From Thermodesulfobacteriota bacterium (GTDB lineage Bacteria > Desulfobacterota_D > UBA1144 > Nemesobacterales > Mycalebacteriaceae): a DNA stretch of 64,000 nt. The translations under genes and the position numbers were made by a program. The stretch spans positions 1,408,001-1,472,000 of the forward strand of contig OZ245366.1 in assembly GCA_965226585.1 (NCBI GenBank), read 5' to 3'. The notes beneath the pieces were generated by a model, which was not told the DNA's origin, did no database searches, and worked only from the letters and a program-made list of their open reading frames with translations. Numbering within the stretch: position 1 is the stretch's first letter; the number at the start of each line of letters is the position of its first letter. Positions 1-10,547 of this stretch are shown here, piece by piece.

Positions 1-3
1 GCC

Positions 4-1140
4 GTGAGAACGGGAGAGACCGTTGTTGAGCTTGAAACTGAGAAAGCGAACTTTGAAGTGCCCGCGACCACAAGCGGGGTAATATCCGAGGTTGGCAAAG
101 CGGAAGGCGATGAAGTAAAGGTGGGCGATTCCCTCGGCTCCATAGACGAAGCCGCGAAACAACCTGAGGCTCAAACTTCGGAAGAACCCGAAAAACCCGC
201 TGAGACCCCTCAGGCAACGCAAGAACCGCCCGCAAAAGCCGGGGAAGCGGAAACGCGCTCCACCCCGGTGGCAAGAAATGTTGCGCGCAACGAAAACATA
301 GACATATCGCTGGTCAAGCCCGGCGAAGGCGGAAGGGTAACAAAAGAGGACGTGGAGAAAGCCGCCAGAGGAACAGACTCCGGCGCTCAGACCGGAGGCG
401 CGGCGGAGAAAGACCCGTTCCCTTCGCTCTCCGCGCTTCACCGCAGAGAGGAAAACGTGAAGATGACCCCGCGCCGCAAAACCATAGCGCGGAGAATGAT
501 TGAGGCTCAGCAAACTGCCGCCATTCTTTCAACCTTCAACGAGATTGACATGAGCGCGGTTATGGAACTCCGCAAAAGGCGCAAAGACGGTTTCAAGGAA
601 AGGTACGGAGTTGGACTGGGAATGTCGTCTTTTTTCATCAAAGCCACAGTCGGCGCGCTCAAGGCGTTTCCGCAACTTAACTCAGAGATGCGGGGAGATG
701 AGATTGTGTTCAAGCATTTCTACGACATCGGCGTTGCCATAGGAGCGTCAAGCGGGCTTGTGGTTCCCGTCATCAGAGAGGCGGACAAAAAGAGTTTCGC
801 GGAGATTGAAAAAGAGGTCAGGGAACTCGCTGAGAAAGCCGAAGACGGAAAACTGAAGATAGACGAACTCATGGGCGGAACGTTCTCCATAACAAACGGG
901 GGAATATTCGGCTCCATGCTCAGTACACCGATACTGAATCCTCCGCAGGTCGGCATACTCGGACTGCACGCGATTAAAGAGCGTCCGGCTGTTGTGGACG
1001 GAGAGGTCGGGATACGTCCCATTATGATGGTTGCCCTCAGTTACGACCACAGAGTTGTTGACGGAAGAGAGGCGGTTCAGTTCCTTGTGCGCCTCAAAGA
1101 ACTGGTTGAAGACCCTGAGTCTTTGCTGGTTGAGGGATAA
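4..1140 (+). CDS. sucB: 2-oxoglutarate dehydrogenase E2, dihydrolipoamide succinyltransferase (5' end truncated by window)
   Basis: Lipoyl motif ELETEKA, E3-binding segment (STPVARNVA...GRVTKEDV), catalytic LSYDHRVVDG. Confidence 0.93.
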   Translation: MRTGETVVELETEKANFEVPATTSGVISEVGKAEGDEVKVGDSLGSIDEAAKQPEAQTSEEPEKPAETPQATQEPPAKAGEAETRSTPVARNVARNENIDISLVKPGEGGRVTKEDVEKAARGTDSGAQTGGAAEKDPFPSLSALHRREENVKMTPRRKTIARRMIEAQQTAAILSTFNEIDMSAVMELRKRRKDGFKERYGVGLGMSSFFIKATVGALKAFPQLNSEMRGDEIVFKHFYDIGVAIGASSGLVVPVIREADKKSFAEIEKEVRELAEKAEDGKLKIDELMGGTFSITNGGIFGSMLSTPILNPPQVGILGLHAIKERPAVVDGEVGIRPIMMVALSYDHRVVDGREAVQFLVRLKELVEDPESLLVEG

Positions 1141-3656
1141 TCGCGCCCTTCGTCCGGAAGACCGCGCAGAATTTCAAGAGACAGTTTTTTGAGTTCCGGA
1201 TGTTTTTCAAGTTCGGGGTCGCTTTTTAAAATCTCTTTCGCGCTTGCCTGCGCTTGAGTAAGAACGGCGGTGTCCATCACAAGGTCTGCGAAATGAAACT
1301 TTGCCGCCCCTGACTGTTTTGTTCCCAGAAACTCTCCCGGCCCTCTCATTTCAAGGTCTGTTTCCGCTATGGAAAAACCGTCCGGGTTTTTGCTTAAAAC
1401 CTCCAGCCTGCGAAGCCCCTCTTCCGAAATGCCCGGAGATTTCAAAAGTATGCACAGCGATTTGTGCTCGCCGCGCCCCACTCTGCCGCGCAACTGGTGT
1501 ATCTGCGAAAGCCCGAATCTATCTGCGTTTTCAATCACCGCGACTGTGGCGTCGGGAACGTCAATTCCCACTTCAACAACGGTTGTGGAAACAAGCACGT
1601 CCGTCCCGCCGTTTTGAAAATCAAGCATAACGGAATCCTTTTCCTGCGCCGGCATCTTTCCGTGAAGAACCGCTACCCGCGCCCCGGAAAGGTCTTTTCT
1701 CAAAGCGGACGCCGTATCAAAAACCCCCGCCACTCCTTCGGAACCGTCTTCCCCGCCGCCCCCTTCGGGGTCTATCAGCGGGCACACAACATAACAACGC
1801 CTGCCTGCGTCTATCTCAGTTTTCATCGCCTTTATCATCCTTCTTCTGTCGGGCGGCGAACTTCCCAGAATAACGGTTTTTACCTCCTTTCTTCCCTCCG
1901 GAAGCCCGCGAACGGTTACCACCTCAAGGTCGCCGTAAACCGTCATCGCGAGGGAACGGGGAATAGGTGTCGCCGTCATCACAAGGATGTCGGGAGAGCG
2001 TCCCTTGTCCACCAGTCTGTCGCGCTGGGCAACCCCGAACTTGTGCTGTTCGTCAACCACAACAAAACCCAGCCGCTTGAACTTGACCCTGTCGTATATG
2101 AGGGCGTGCGTTCCAACCACAATATCCGCCTCCCCGTTTGCCGTGCTTTCAAAATCCGCCCCGGAATCCCCGCCTTTGAGCACAACCGTTTTCAGCCCCG
2201 CCCCTTGTGTGCGCTCTGAGATAAACCGCGCGTGCTGTTCGGCAAGAATCTGGGTCGGAGCCATAAGAGCCGCCTGATAACCCGAATCAAGCGCCTTCAT
2301 AATCGCGAGAAGAGCTATCACGGTTTTGCCGCTTCCCACGTCTCCCTGAAGAAGCGCGTTCATCGGCAGAGGGCTTTCCATCCGCTCTTTGATGAAAGAA
2401 AGCGCGTCACTCTGCGAATCCGTGAGGCTGAACGGAAGTCCGTCAAAAAACCTGCGGTAGTGTTTGTCTTCGGGCTTGAAGCTTATTCCTCCCCCGTCGC
2501 GTCTTTCCCTTTTCTTCATCTCCATCGCGAGCCGGTGAATAAAAAACTCAAAAAAAGCCACCGTTTTCGGAGCCGGAAGCGTCCTGTCTTTTCCGCCGGC
2601 ATCCCATGCGGCGCGCGAAAAATCCGGGCAGTTGTCCGTTTTTTCAGGAAAGTGCATCTCCCCTACCGCTTCGGGCAGAGGAACAAGACCCTCCGCACAG
2701 TCGCCGGGCATAATGCCGTCAAGCAGTGATGAGCTGTCCGACACGTTTTTCATAATCGTTCTGAGCCGCCTCTGCCCCAGCCCTCCGGTGAGGGAATAGA
2801 CGGGAACAATGCGGTCTATGTGAATGCTTCCGCGCGCCTCGTCTTCTTTGTCAAGAACCTCAATTCTGTCGGGCGCGGGGTGCAAAATCTGCAAACTGCC
2901 CCGCCGGAAGTCCACGCCTATGTCGCCGCTCACAATCACCAATTTTCCCTTTTTGTACCTCTCCCTCATATACCGTTCGTCAAAATGAAACCAGACAAGG
3001 TCAAGCGCGGAGCCGCCCTCAGTCAGCACAACGCGGAACTGGGCTCCGGGTCCGGGGCGGGTTCTGCCTGCGGACTCCACCCTGCCTGAAACCGTCTGCC
3101 AGCTGTCTGCCACCGCCGAGGAAACGCCTTTGATTTCGCGCCTGTCTTCGTATCTCAGAGGAAAGTGGAACAGAGCGTCCATCACCGTGTGGATGTTTTT
3201 TTTCGCGAGAAGCGATGAGAATTTGTAGCCCACACCCTTTACGGAGTCTATCGCGCCGCGGAGAGCGGGCGGGCGTTTTGCCGCAGGAGCGGGGCGGGGC
3301 GCGGGCGGAGAGACAGACTGTGAAACCGCGCTTATGCTTGGAACGGCGCGCCTGAGAACTTCCATTTTTTCGGGCGCGGGAAGACCGTCAAAACCCTTAA
3401 ACATCTCTCTGATCGCGCGCAATTTTTCCAGATGTCCGGGCGGAGAAGTTGAGAAAAGTCTGCGGAAAACCGGGTCTGTGCTGTTTTCAAAGCCGCCGCT
3501 GAACCTGTCAAGATAGCGCGCTCCGCCGTCCAAAGCGCTCGACAGTCTTGACTCAAGATTCTTCAGCGCTTCGGTGTAAACGCCAAAGTCATCAGGATTT
3601 GCTCTTCTTCCCGGAATCTGCTTTCTTCCTGTAAATGGGTTTGATTGAACCGTCAT
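1077..3656 (-). CDS. recG: ATP-dependent DNA helicase RecG (start uncertain; N-terminal extension)
   Basis: FPLRYEDR wedge domain, LLQGDVGSGKT, DEQHKFGV, MTATPIPRSL, QLRGRVGRG, DLEMRGPGE. Confidence 0.95.
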   Translation of the reverse strand: MTVQSNPFTGRKQIPGRRANPDDFGVYTEALKNLESRLSSALDGGARYLDRFSGGFENSTDPVFRRLFSTSPPGHLEKLRAIREMFKGFDGLPAPEKMEVLRRAVPSISAVSQSVSPPAPRPAPAAKRPPALRGAIDSVKGVGYKFSSLLAKKNIHTVMDALFHFPLRYEDRREIKGVSSAVADSWQTVSGRVESAGRTRPGPGAQFRVVLTEGGSALDLVWFHFDERYMRERYKKGKLVIVSGDIGVDFRRGSLQILHPAPDRIEVLDKEDEARGSIHIDRIVPVYSLTGGLGQRRLRTIMKNVSDSSSLLDGIMPGDCAEGLVPLPEAVGEMHFPEKTDNCPDFSRAAWDAGGKDRTLPAPKTVAFFEFFIHRLAMEMKKRERRDGGGISFKPEDKHYRRFFDGLPFSLTDSQSDALSFIKERMESPLPMNALLQGDVGSGKTVIALLAIMKALDSGYQAALMAPTQILAEQHARFISERTQGAGLKTVVLKGGDSGADFESTANGEADIVVGTHALIYDRVKFKRLGFVVVDEQHKFGVAQRDRLVDKGRSPDILVMTATPIPRSLAMTVYGDLEVVTVRGLPEGRKEVKTVILGSSPPDRRRMIKAMKTEIDAGRRCYVVCPLIDPEGGGGEDGSEGVAGVFDTASALRKDLSGARVAVLHGKMPAQEKDSVMLDFQNGGTDVLVSTTVVEVGIDVPDATVAVIENADRFGLSQIHQLRGRVGRGEHKSLCILLKSPGISEEGLRRLEVLSKNPDGFSIAETDLEMRGPGEFLGTKQSGAAKFHFADLVMDTAVLTQAQASAKEILKSDPELEKHPELKKLSLEILRGLPDEGRDYPSTSKDSGSSTSSLRRTRN

Positions 3657-5841
3657 CAAGACGCTCAAAGTCAGACGCGGTTTTGCATTTCGGATAACCG
3701 GAGCAGGCGAGAAACTCTTTGCCGTCTTTTCTGCGCTTTCTTATGACCATCGGTTTTTTGCACTTCTCGCACTTTACGTCCGTCTCCTGCGGTTTCTCTG
3801 TCGGTATGACAATTATTTTGTCTCCGTCTCTCTCAAAATTGGATGCGTTTTTGCACTTGGGATAACCCGAGCAGGCGAGAAACTCCGCGCCGTCACGCTT
3901 GCGCGCTTTTATCACCATCGGCTCACCGCATTTTTCGCACTTTATTCCCGTATCTTCCGGCTCCTCATCCTCTTTCGGAACTACAACGCCTCCCTTTCTC
4001 TCAAAGCCCGAAGCGTGTTTACATTCCGGATAACCGGAGCATGAGAGAAACTCGCCGCCGAGCCTCTTGCTTTTCACCACCATGGGCTTGCCGCATTTTT
4101 CGCATTTTATGTCCGTAACCTCAACCTCTTTCGCCGCCTTCTGCGCGTTCTCAATGCGTTTTTTAAGCCCAGTTTTTTCGTCAAGGTAGAAATCGCGCAG
4201 AAGCCCGTCCCATTTCTCGTCGCCCTGCTCGATTTTGTCCAGTCTTTCCTCCACGCCGGCGGTGAACTTTTCATCCATAATGTCGGGAAAATCTTTCACA
4301 AGGTAGTCGTTCACGGCGGCTCCCAGCTGTGTCGGGAAGAGGGCTTTTTTCTCAGTCTCAACATAACCCCTGTCTTGTATTGTGGACAGTATTGAAGCGT
4401 AGGTTGACGGGCGGCCGATGCCTTTGTTTTCAAGTTCTTTCACAAGAGACGCCTCGTTGTATCTCGGCGGCGGCTTTGTGAAATGCTGTGACGGCGTTAT
4501 GCCTGAGCATTTAAGTTCTTCGCCCTCGCCAAGCGGGGGGAGAACGGCGTCCGCTTCATCGTCTTTCTTTGCCGGGGGCGAAACCTTCCTCCATCCGGCA
4601 AAAACCGCCACCGTTCCCGTGGCGCGGAAAACGGCGGGACCCGCGCCTATGTCCGCCGTTGTTTTCTCATCAACCGCCGGGCTCATCTGGCTTGAGGCAA
4701 AACGCCTCCATATCAATTCGTACAGACGCGCCTGATCTTTTTCAAGAAACTTTTCCATCTCCTCAGGCGTTCTTTTGACGGATGTCGCCCTTATGGCTTC
4801 GTGAGCGTCCTGCGCGCCTTTGACCGCCTTGCTGACGTTGGGGGCGGAAGAGATAAACTCATCGCCGTATTTCTGTTTTATAAACTCCCGCGCCTCTTCA
4901 GCCGCTCTGGGAGAAAGCCGCACGGAATCGGTTCTCATGTAGGTTATCAGCCCGACCGGACCTTCGGAGCCAATCTCAACTCCCTCGTAAAGCCGCTGGG
5001 CAACGTTCATGGTTTTCTTCACCGAAAAGCCCAGTTTTGTTGACGCTTCACGCTGAAGGGTGCTTGTTATGAAAGGAACGGGCGGCTTGATGTTCATCTT
5101 TTTCCGCTCCACCGAGGAGACAACAAAACGCTCTTTTGCCACCGCCTTCACAATTTCGTTCGCCTTTTTCTCGTCCGGTATGTCGTCCCGCGAATCCTTA
5201 AAACTGCGGAACTGCGCGCTGAAACTGTCTCCGTTTTTGTTTGCCAGCCGCGCCTCAATTTTCCAGTACTCAACCGGATTGAACGCCTCTATCTCGCGCT
5301 CTCTTTTCACGACGAAGTTAAGGGCTATGCTCTGAACCCTGCCCGCGCTGAGAGAACCGCCTATCTTCCTCCAGAGCAGGGGGCTTACCTTGTAGCCGAC
5401 TATTCTGTCCAGTATGCGCCGCGCCTGCTGGGCTTCAAACTTCGCGCGGTTTATCTCTCCGGTGTTTTTGAAAGTTTCAAGCACGCCCTCTTTTGTTATC
5501 TCGCGTATCAGCACGCGCCGGGCTTTTCCCTCAAGTTTCAACTGCCGGGAGATGTGCCACGCGATTGCCTCTCCCTCTCTGTCAGGGTCGGTCGCGAGAT
5601 AGACGGTCTCTTTCCCTTTGGCGGATTTGCGCAGAGATTCAAGCACCTTGCCCTTGCCTTCTATCACTTTGTAGTCCGGTTTGAAACCGTTTTCCAGATC
5701 CACGCCGAGCCGGTCGTGGGTTTTGTTTGAAAGGTCAACTATGTGACCCACGGACGCCGCCACTTCGTACCCCTTTCCGAGGTAGTTCTGAATCGTTTTC
5801 GCCTTCGCGGGCGACTCAACTATTACAAGAGATTTAGCCAT
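3592..5841 (-). CDS. topA: DNA topoisomerase I with three C-terminal C4 zinc ribbons
   Basis: LVIVESPAKAKTI, ATDPDREGEAI, ITYMRTDS, three CEKC...CSGYPxC units. Confidence 0.97.
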   Translation of the reverse strand: MAKSLVIVESPAKAKTIQNYLGKGYEVAASVGHIVDLSNKTHDRLGVDLENGFKPDYKVIEGKGKVLESLRKSAKGKETVYLATDPDREGEAIAWHISRQLKLEGKARRVLIREITKEGVLETFKNTGEINRAKFEAQQARRILDRIVGYKVSPLLWRKIGGSLSAGRVQSIALNFVVKREREIEAFNPVEYWKIEARLANKNGDSFSAQFRSFKDSRDDIPDEKKANEIVKAVAKERFVVSSVERKKMNIKPPVPFITSTLQREASTKLGFSVKKTMNVAQRLYEGVEIGSEGPVGLITYMRTDSVRLSPRAAEEAREFIKQKYGDEFISSAPNVSKAVKGAQDAHEAIRATSVKRTPEEMEKFLEKDQARLYELIWRRFASSQMSPAVDEKTTADIGAGPAVFRATGTVAVFAGWRKVSPPAKKDDEADAVLPPLGEGEELKCSGITPSQHFTKPPPRYNEASLVKELENKGIGRPSTYASILSTIQDRGYVETEKKALFPTQLGAAVNDYLVKDFPDIMDEKFTAGVEERLDKIEQGDEKWDGLLRDFYLDEKTGLKKRIENAQKAAKEVEVTDIKCEKCGKPMVVKSKRLGGEFLSCSGYPECKHASGFERKGGVVVPKEDEEPEDTGIKCEKCGEPMVIKARKRDGAEFLACSGYPKCKNASNFERDGDKIIVIPTEKPQETDVKCEKCKKPMVIRKRRKDGKEFLACSGYPKCKTASDFERLDDGSIKPIYRKKADSGKKSKS

Positions 5842-5862
5842 TATTTTTTCTCCGCGCCGTAA

Positions 5863-6852
5863 TCATAACTCCGGCATTTCCAGACGTCCCGCCCATTCCC
5901 TGTTATCAACATACCACTCAATACAGGATTTGATTCCCTTCTCAATGTCAACACCGGGCTTCCAGCCGAGAACCGCTTCCGCTTTTGAAATGTCCGCCTC
6001 TGTGGCATACGAATCAGCGGGATGCGCCGGAGCGTGCTTTACAATCGCCTTTTTTCCGAGCGCGCCCTCTATTATGGCGATAATCCGGCTGACTGCAACC
6101 GAACTGCCGCCCGCTATGTTCACCGCCTCAAAACCAACGTCTTTAAGCGAAAGCAGTGTCGCCTTCGCAACGTCATCCACAAATGTAAAATCCCTGCTCT
6201 GACTGCCGTCTCCGTAGACCGCAATTTCCTCTCCTTCGGCAATGGCGCGGATAAAACGGAAAACTGACATATCCGGTCTGCCGGCGGGACCGTAAACCGT
6301 AAAATACCTGAGAACGGAAACGTCAATCTCTGAAAGTTTGTGATACGAGTGGCAAAGGGTTTCGCCCGCGGATTTTGACGCCGCGTAAGGGGAAAGCGGT
6401 CTGCCGGTTTGCGAGGAATCTTCGGAAAGCGGAAGCTCTCCGTCTCCGTAAACGCTTGACGATGAGGCAAAGACAAACTTTTTTATGCCGCGGGAACGGC
6501 AAATCTCAAGCAGGTTCAGGGTTCCAAGCACGTTTGTTTTGTAGTATTCAGAGGGAATTTCCGCGCTTTTTCTCACGCCCGCCCGCGCCGCGAGGTTGAT
6601 TACCGCCTGCGGGGAAAAGGAATCGCCCAGACCGTCAAAGAAAGACTCCATCTGCCGGGGCTCTGAAATGTCTGTCTTTTTGAAGGAAAAACCTTCTGAC
6701 GACGAAAGCGTTTTCAGACGTCTCTCTTTCAGCGCCGGGTCGTAAGAGTCGTTCAGGTTGTCCGCTCCGGCAACCCTGTCGCCCCTTTCAATCAGCATGG
6801 CGGACACCCGCGCCCCTATAAAACCCGCACAACCGGTTACAACAAAATCCAT
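5863..6852 (-). CDS. NAD-dependent epimerase/dehydratase (UDP-glucuronate 4-epimerase-like)
   Basis: VTGCAGFIG, LAARAGVR, YAASK, RYFTVYGPAGRPDM; follows ugd. Confidence 0.85.
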   Translation of the reverse strand: MDFVVTGCAGFIGARVSAMLIERGDRVAGADNLNDSYDPALKERRLKTLSSSEGFSFKKTDISEPRQMESFFDGLGDSFSPQAVINLAARAGVRKSAEIPSEYYKTNVLGTLNLLEICRSRGIKKFVFASSSSVYGDGELPLSEDSSQTGRPLSPYAASKSAGETLCHSYHKLSEIDVSVLRYFTVYGPAGRPDMSVFRFIRAIAEGEEIAVYGDGSQSRDFTFVDDVAKATLLSLKDVGFEAVNIAGGSSVAVSRIIAIIEGALGKKAIVKHAPAHPADSYATEADISKAEAVLGWKPGVDIEKGIKSCIEWYVDNREWAGRLEMPEL

Positions 6853-6855
6853 CTT

Positions 6856-8187
6856 TTATTCACTTTTCCCGCCCCGCGCGCCGGGCTCGCCAATGCAAAA
6901 ATACCGGAACCCGAGTTTCTCCAAGTCGCGCGGCGAGTAGATATTTCTTCCGTCAACGATAACGGGAGATTTCATAATGGAAAGAAGTTTGTCAAAATCG
7001 GGCTGTCTGTATTCGCTCCACTCCGTGCTCACAAACAGCGCGTCCGCCCCTTCGCACGCTTCGTATGATGTGCGCGCCCTTTTCACGCCGGGAGGGATGG
7101 AGTTTTTTGCCGCCCCGTCAAAAGCCACCGGATCGTGCGCCGTGATTTCCGCTCCTTCATTCATAAGTTCATTCATGATGTGAACGGCGGGAGACTCTCT
7201 TATATCGTCCGTGTTGGGTTTGAATGACACGCCCCAGAAAGCGATTCGGACTCCCCCGAACCCGCGGGGAAACGCGCTTCTCAACTTTTCAAGATAAACG
7301 CCTCTCTGGCGTGTATTGACCTCATCCACGGCGGAGCAGACTTTCATCTCAAAGCCCTTTTCCCCCGCCGTTCCGATAACAGCCCTCACGTCTTTCGGCA
7401 GGCATGAGCCGCCGTACCCAACTCCGGGGTAGAGAAACTTGTCGCCAATTCTTTCATCCGCCGCCATAACGGAGCGCACTTCAGAGATGCTCGCCCCCAT
7501 TTCTTCGCAGAATCCCGCCATCTCGTTCATAAACGATATGCGTGTCGCGAGCATGGCGTTTGAAGCGTATTTTGCTATCTCCGAAGAACGGATTGATATT
7601 GATATCAGCCTTTCCCCGCGCCTCATATACGGCAGGTAGAGAGACCGCAGAGCATCTTCCGCCCTTTTGCTGTCCGTTCCGATGACAATTCTGTCGGGGC
7701 TGAGAAAATCCTTCACGGCGGAACCCTCTTTCAGAAACTCCGGATTGGAGGCAACGTCAAAGTTTTTCGCGCCGTTTTTGAGCATAATCTCTCTCACCTT
7801 CTCGGTTGTTCCCGGAGAAACGGTGCTTTTTGTGACAACCAGTTTGTAATCGCCTCCGCACAGGGAGCCGATTTGCTCCGCCACGCCGAAAACAAAACTC
7901 AAGTCCGGAGAGCCGTCGCTTGTTTGCGGGGTGCCAACCGCTATGAAAATAATCTCCGATGAGCGGACGGCGTTTTCGGGGCTGTCAGAGAAACTGAGAC
8001 GCCCGGCGTCAGTGTTTTTCCTCACAAGGTCGTCAAGGTTCGGCTCGTAGAAAGGCACAACGCCTTTTTTCAGAGATTCTATCTTGTTCCGGTCTATGTC
8101 TGCGCAGATGACGGTGTTTCCACTGCCCGCAAGACACGCGCCCGTTACCAGACCCACATATCCTGTTCCTATAATTCCTACTTTCAA
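6856..8187 (-). CDS. ugd: UDP-glucose 6-dehydrogenase
   Basis: IGTGYVGL, SNPEFLKEG, GYGGSCLPKD, FKPNTDDIRES. Confidence 0.95.
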   Translation of the reverse strand: MKVGIIGTGYVGLVTGACLAGSGNTVICADIDRNKIESLKKGVVPFYEPNLDDLVRKNTDAGRLSFSDSPENAVRSSEIIFIAVGTPQTSDGSPDLSFVFGVAEQIGSLCGGDYKLVVTKSTVSPGTTEKVREIMLKNGAKNFDVASNPEFLKEGSAVKDFLSPDRIVIGTDSKRAEDALRSLYLPYMRRGERLISISIRSSEIAKYASNAMLATRISFMNEMAGFCEEMGASISEVRSVMAADERIGDKFLYPGVGYGGSCLPKDVRAVIGTAGEKGFEMKVCSAVDEVNTRQRGVYLEKLRSAFPRGFGGVRIAFWGVSFKPNTDDIRESPAVHIMNELMNEGAEITAHDPVAFDGAAKNSIPPGVKRARTSYEACEGADALFVSTEWSEYRQPDFDKLLSIMKSPVIVDGRNIYSPRDLEKLGFRYFCIGEPGARGGKSE

Positions 8188-8262
8188 GGGAAAGCCACCG
8201 GTCGTGAAAGGGTGATTGTATACACAAACGAAATATTCTCAAAGGAAACCACAGCCGGGCGG

Positions 8263-8706
8263 CTACTCCACTTCCGGCAGAAACTTGTATTCGCCTCCGC
8301 CTGATTCAACAACAAATCCGCCGCCCGGAAGCGGTTTCGCGTTTGCCCCTATCGCGTAATAAGCGCGGCGGAGAAAGCGCGCCCTGAAAACGCCTTTTTT
8401 AATGCTCGCGTATGGAATGTTGTCGCGGTTTACGGTGAGAGAGTTGCCGCCGGTAACGGTTTCAAAAGTGCCGTCGTTTATTCCAACCCTTATGCCTGAA
8501 TCCGTAAGTTCGGCGGACACGATAACAAAAGGCGTGTCTTCAACCTCAACGGGTATCACAACGCCGCCTTCGGCAACCTCAAAACCGCCGTCTTTTGACG
8601 GGCGCAGATTGCGGTTGTTTTCAAGATACGTCCAGCGGTGCGTTACCGGAATGCCATCCTGAAACCATTTACCGTTCCTGTCTATAAATATGCGCGGAAT
8701 CTTCAC
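8263..8706 (-). CDS. DUF1285-like protein
   Basis: IFIDRNGKWFQDG and PVEVEDTPF pattern resemble DUF1285. Confidence 0.6.
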   Translation of the reverse strand: MKIPRIFIDRNGKWFQDGIPVTHRWTYLENNRNLRPSKDGGFEVAEGGVVIPVEVEDTPFVIVSAELTDSGIRVGINDGTFETVTGGNSLTVNRDNIPYASIKKGVFRARFLRRAYYAIGANAKPLPGGGFVVESGGGEYKFLPEVE

Positions 8707-8719
8707 CGGGAAACGCTCT

Positions 8720-9400
8720 CTAAACTATCGCCCCGTCTTTCATCGTAACAACCCTGCGGCAACAGTCGGCAACTTCCCTCTCGTGCGTAATCATCACAAC
8801 CGTTGTGCCGGCGCTGTTTACCTGTTTGAGAATGTTCATAATCTCAACCGTGTTACTGCTGTCAAGGTTTCCGGTCGGCTCATCGGCGAGAATAACAGCG
8901 GGGTCTGAGCAAAGGGCGCGCGCGATGGCAACCCTCTGCTGCTGTCCGCCGGAAAGCTGTGAAGGCATGTGGTCTTTTCTGTCCGCAAGACCGACTGATT
9001 CAAGCATCTCAAGCGCCTTCCTGCGCCTTCCGTGCGCCGAAGACGAGCCGTAGATAAGCGGAAGTTCCACATTCTCCTGCGCGGTTGAGCGCGCAAGCAG
9101 GTTGAAACTCTGAAAGACAAACCCGATACGCCGCCGCCTTATCTCTGAAAGCCTGTCCGGTGAAAAAGACGAAACCTCCTCGCCTTCAAAAAAGTAAGTT
9201 CCCTCGTCCTGAATGTCCAGAAGCCCCAGAATGTTCATCAAGGTGCTTTTGCCCGACCCCGAAGAGCCGATAATCGCCATAAAATCGCCCGGTAAAATAT
9301 CAAGCGAAACATCGCGCAGGGCGTGAACCGCGCTGTCTCCGGAAAGGTAGGTCTTCCTGACTCCGGAAAGTGAGATTATGGTATCTGATGACGGTGTCAT
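8720..9400 (-). CDS. ABC transporter ATP-binding protein (MacB/LolD type)
   Basis: [33 protein letters not shown]; start placed at ATG 9400. Confidence 0.92.
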   Translation of the reverse strand: MTPSSDTIISLSGVRKTYLSGDSAVHALRDVSLDILPGDFMAIIGSSGSGKSTLMNILGLLDIQDEGTYFFEGEEVSSFSPDRLSEIRRRRIGFVFQSFNLLARSTAQENVELPLIYGSSSAHGRRRKALEMLESVGLADRKDHMPSQLSGGQQQRVAIARALCSDPAVILADEPTGNLDSSNTVEIMNILKQVNSAGTTVVMITHEREVADCCRRVVTMKDGAIV

Positions 9401-9413
9401 CTGGAGGAACGGG

Positions 9414-10532
9414 TTAAAAACGTTTCGGCTGGGGAAGTGACATACCCGTGGAATCTTCCCTGCCGCCGCCGGACACAACACCCACCACAACACTGTCGCC
9501 TTCCGATATGTCTCCGGCTTTCACCTCGGCGTACAGTTCGTTGCTCTCCCCTATCTCAACGGGAACGCTTTGCAACTCGCCCGTGGATTTGCGTATCCAC
9601 ACGGCGGCGGACTCAGAAGCGTGCGCAGACGACCCGTCTGACGGCAGAAACCGCAGAGCCGCGGTCGGAATGCGGAGAACATTGTCAACTTGAGCCGTTT
9701 TTACGGTAACATCGGCGGTCATTCCCGATTTGAGAGAATGCTGAGGGTTTTCAACCAGAGCGGAAACTTCGTATGTAACGGCTCCCGTTCCTTCAAGCGG
9801 CGCTCCGGGCAGAGAAACCACTTCGCCCGTAAACACCTTGTTTCTGAAAGCCGGAACCGTGAAGTGAACTTTCTGCCCTTCGGAAATACGCCCTATGTCC
9901 GCCTCGCTGACGCGGATAAAAAGCCTCATCATTGCGGGGTCTCCGGCAACCTTCATAAGCATTCCGTCTCTGCTGTCCACCGAGCGTCCCACCTCAACCT
10001 CGCGCAGAACAACCGTTCCGTCTATGGGGGATTTTATCTCCGCCGCTTTGAGGCGGTTGTCGGCTTCGGAAAACTCGGCTTTCGCCTGCTCCATCGCTAT
10101 CTTCGCGCGGTTGTAATCGTTTGTGGAGGTCAGTTGTTTGTCGTAAAGCTCCGCCTGATAGTTGAAGTCCGATTCTTTTGTGTCAAGTTCGGCGCGGGCT
10201 TTGTCGTAGCGTGATTTTAAGACGGCCGTGTCAAGACGGATAAGCACATCGCCGGAAGAAACGCCATCGCTTTGCTGTTTCAGAACTTCCGTAACTGTGC
10301 CGGATATGGCACTGTGTATCTCAACCTCTTCAAAAGGTTTCAGGGTTCCGACCGATGTAATTGTGGAAACAACGCTTCCAATGGAAACCTTGCCCATATG
10401 GTAGTGCGATGAACGCTCCTGTATGGACATTCCCGCCCACGCGCTCACAATTATCGCCGTAACAATAAAAATACCGCGCCATTTGGGGCTCAAGCCCCCG
10501 AAAAAGCCCAGCAGTTTTGTTATCCCACTCAC
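9414..10532 (-). CDS. Periplasmic adaptor / membrane fusion protein (MacA-like)
   Basis: N-terminal TM, IKSPIDGTV, VSEADIGRI, LKSGMTADV, PTAALRF. Confidence 0.9.
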   Translation of the reverse strand: MSGITKLLGFFGGLSPKWRGIFIVTAIIVSAWAGMSIQERSSHYHMGKVSIGSVVSTITSVGTLKPFEEVEIHSAISGTVTEVLKQQSDGVSSGDVLIRLDTAVLKSRYDKARAELDTKESDFNYQAELYDKQLTSTNDYNRAKIAMEQAKAEFSEADNRLKAAEIKSPIDGTVVLREVEVGRSVDSRDGMLMKVAGDPAMMRLFIRVSEADIGRISEGQKVHFTVPAFRNKVFTGEVVSLPGAPLEGTGAVTYEVSALVENPQHSLKSGMTADVTVKTAQVDNVLRIPTAALRFLPSDGSSAHASESAAVWIRKSTGELQSVPVEIGESNELYAEVKAGDISEGDSVVVGVVSGGGREDSTGMSLPQPKRF

Positions 10533-10547
10533 TTTTTAATCTCCCTC

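Noticed and set aside
3680..4110. Three similar DNA repeats (GGATAACC..AGCA..GAGAAACTC) about 170 nt apart
   Set aside because: They encode the three TopA zinc ribbons; not CRISPR or a mobile repeat
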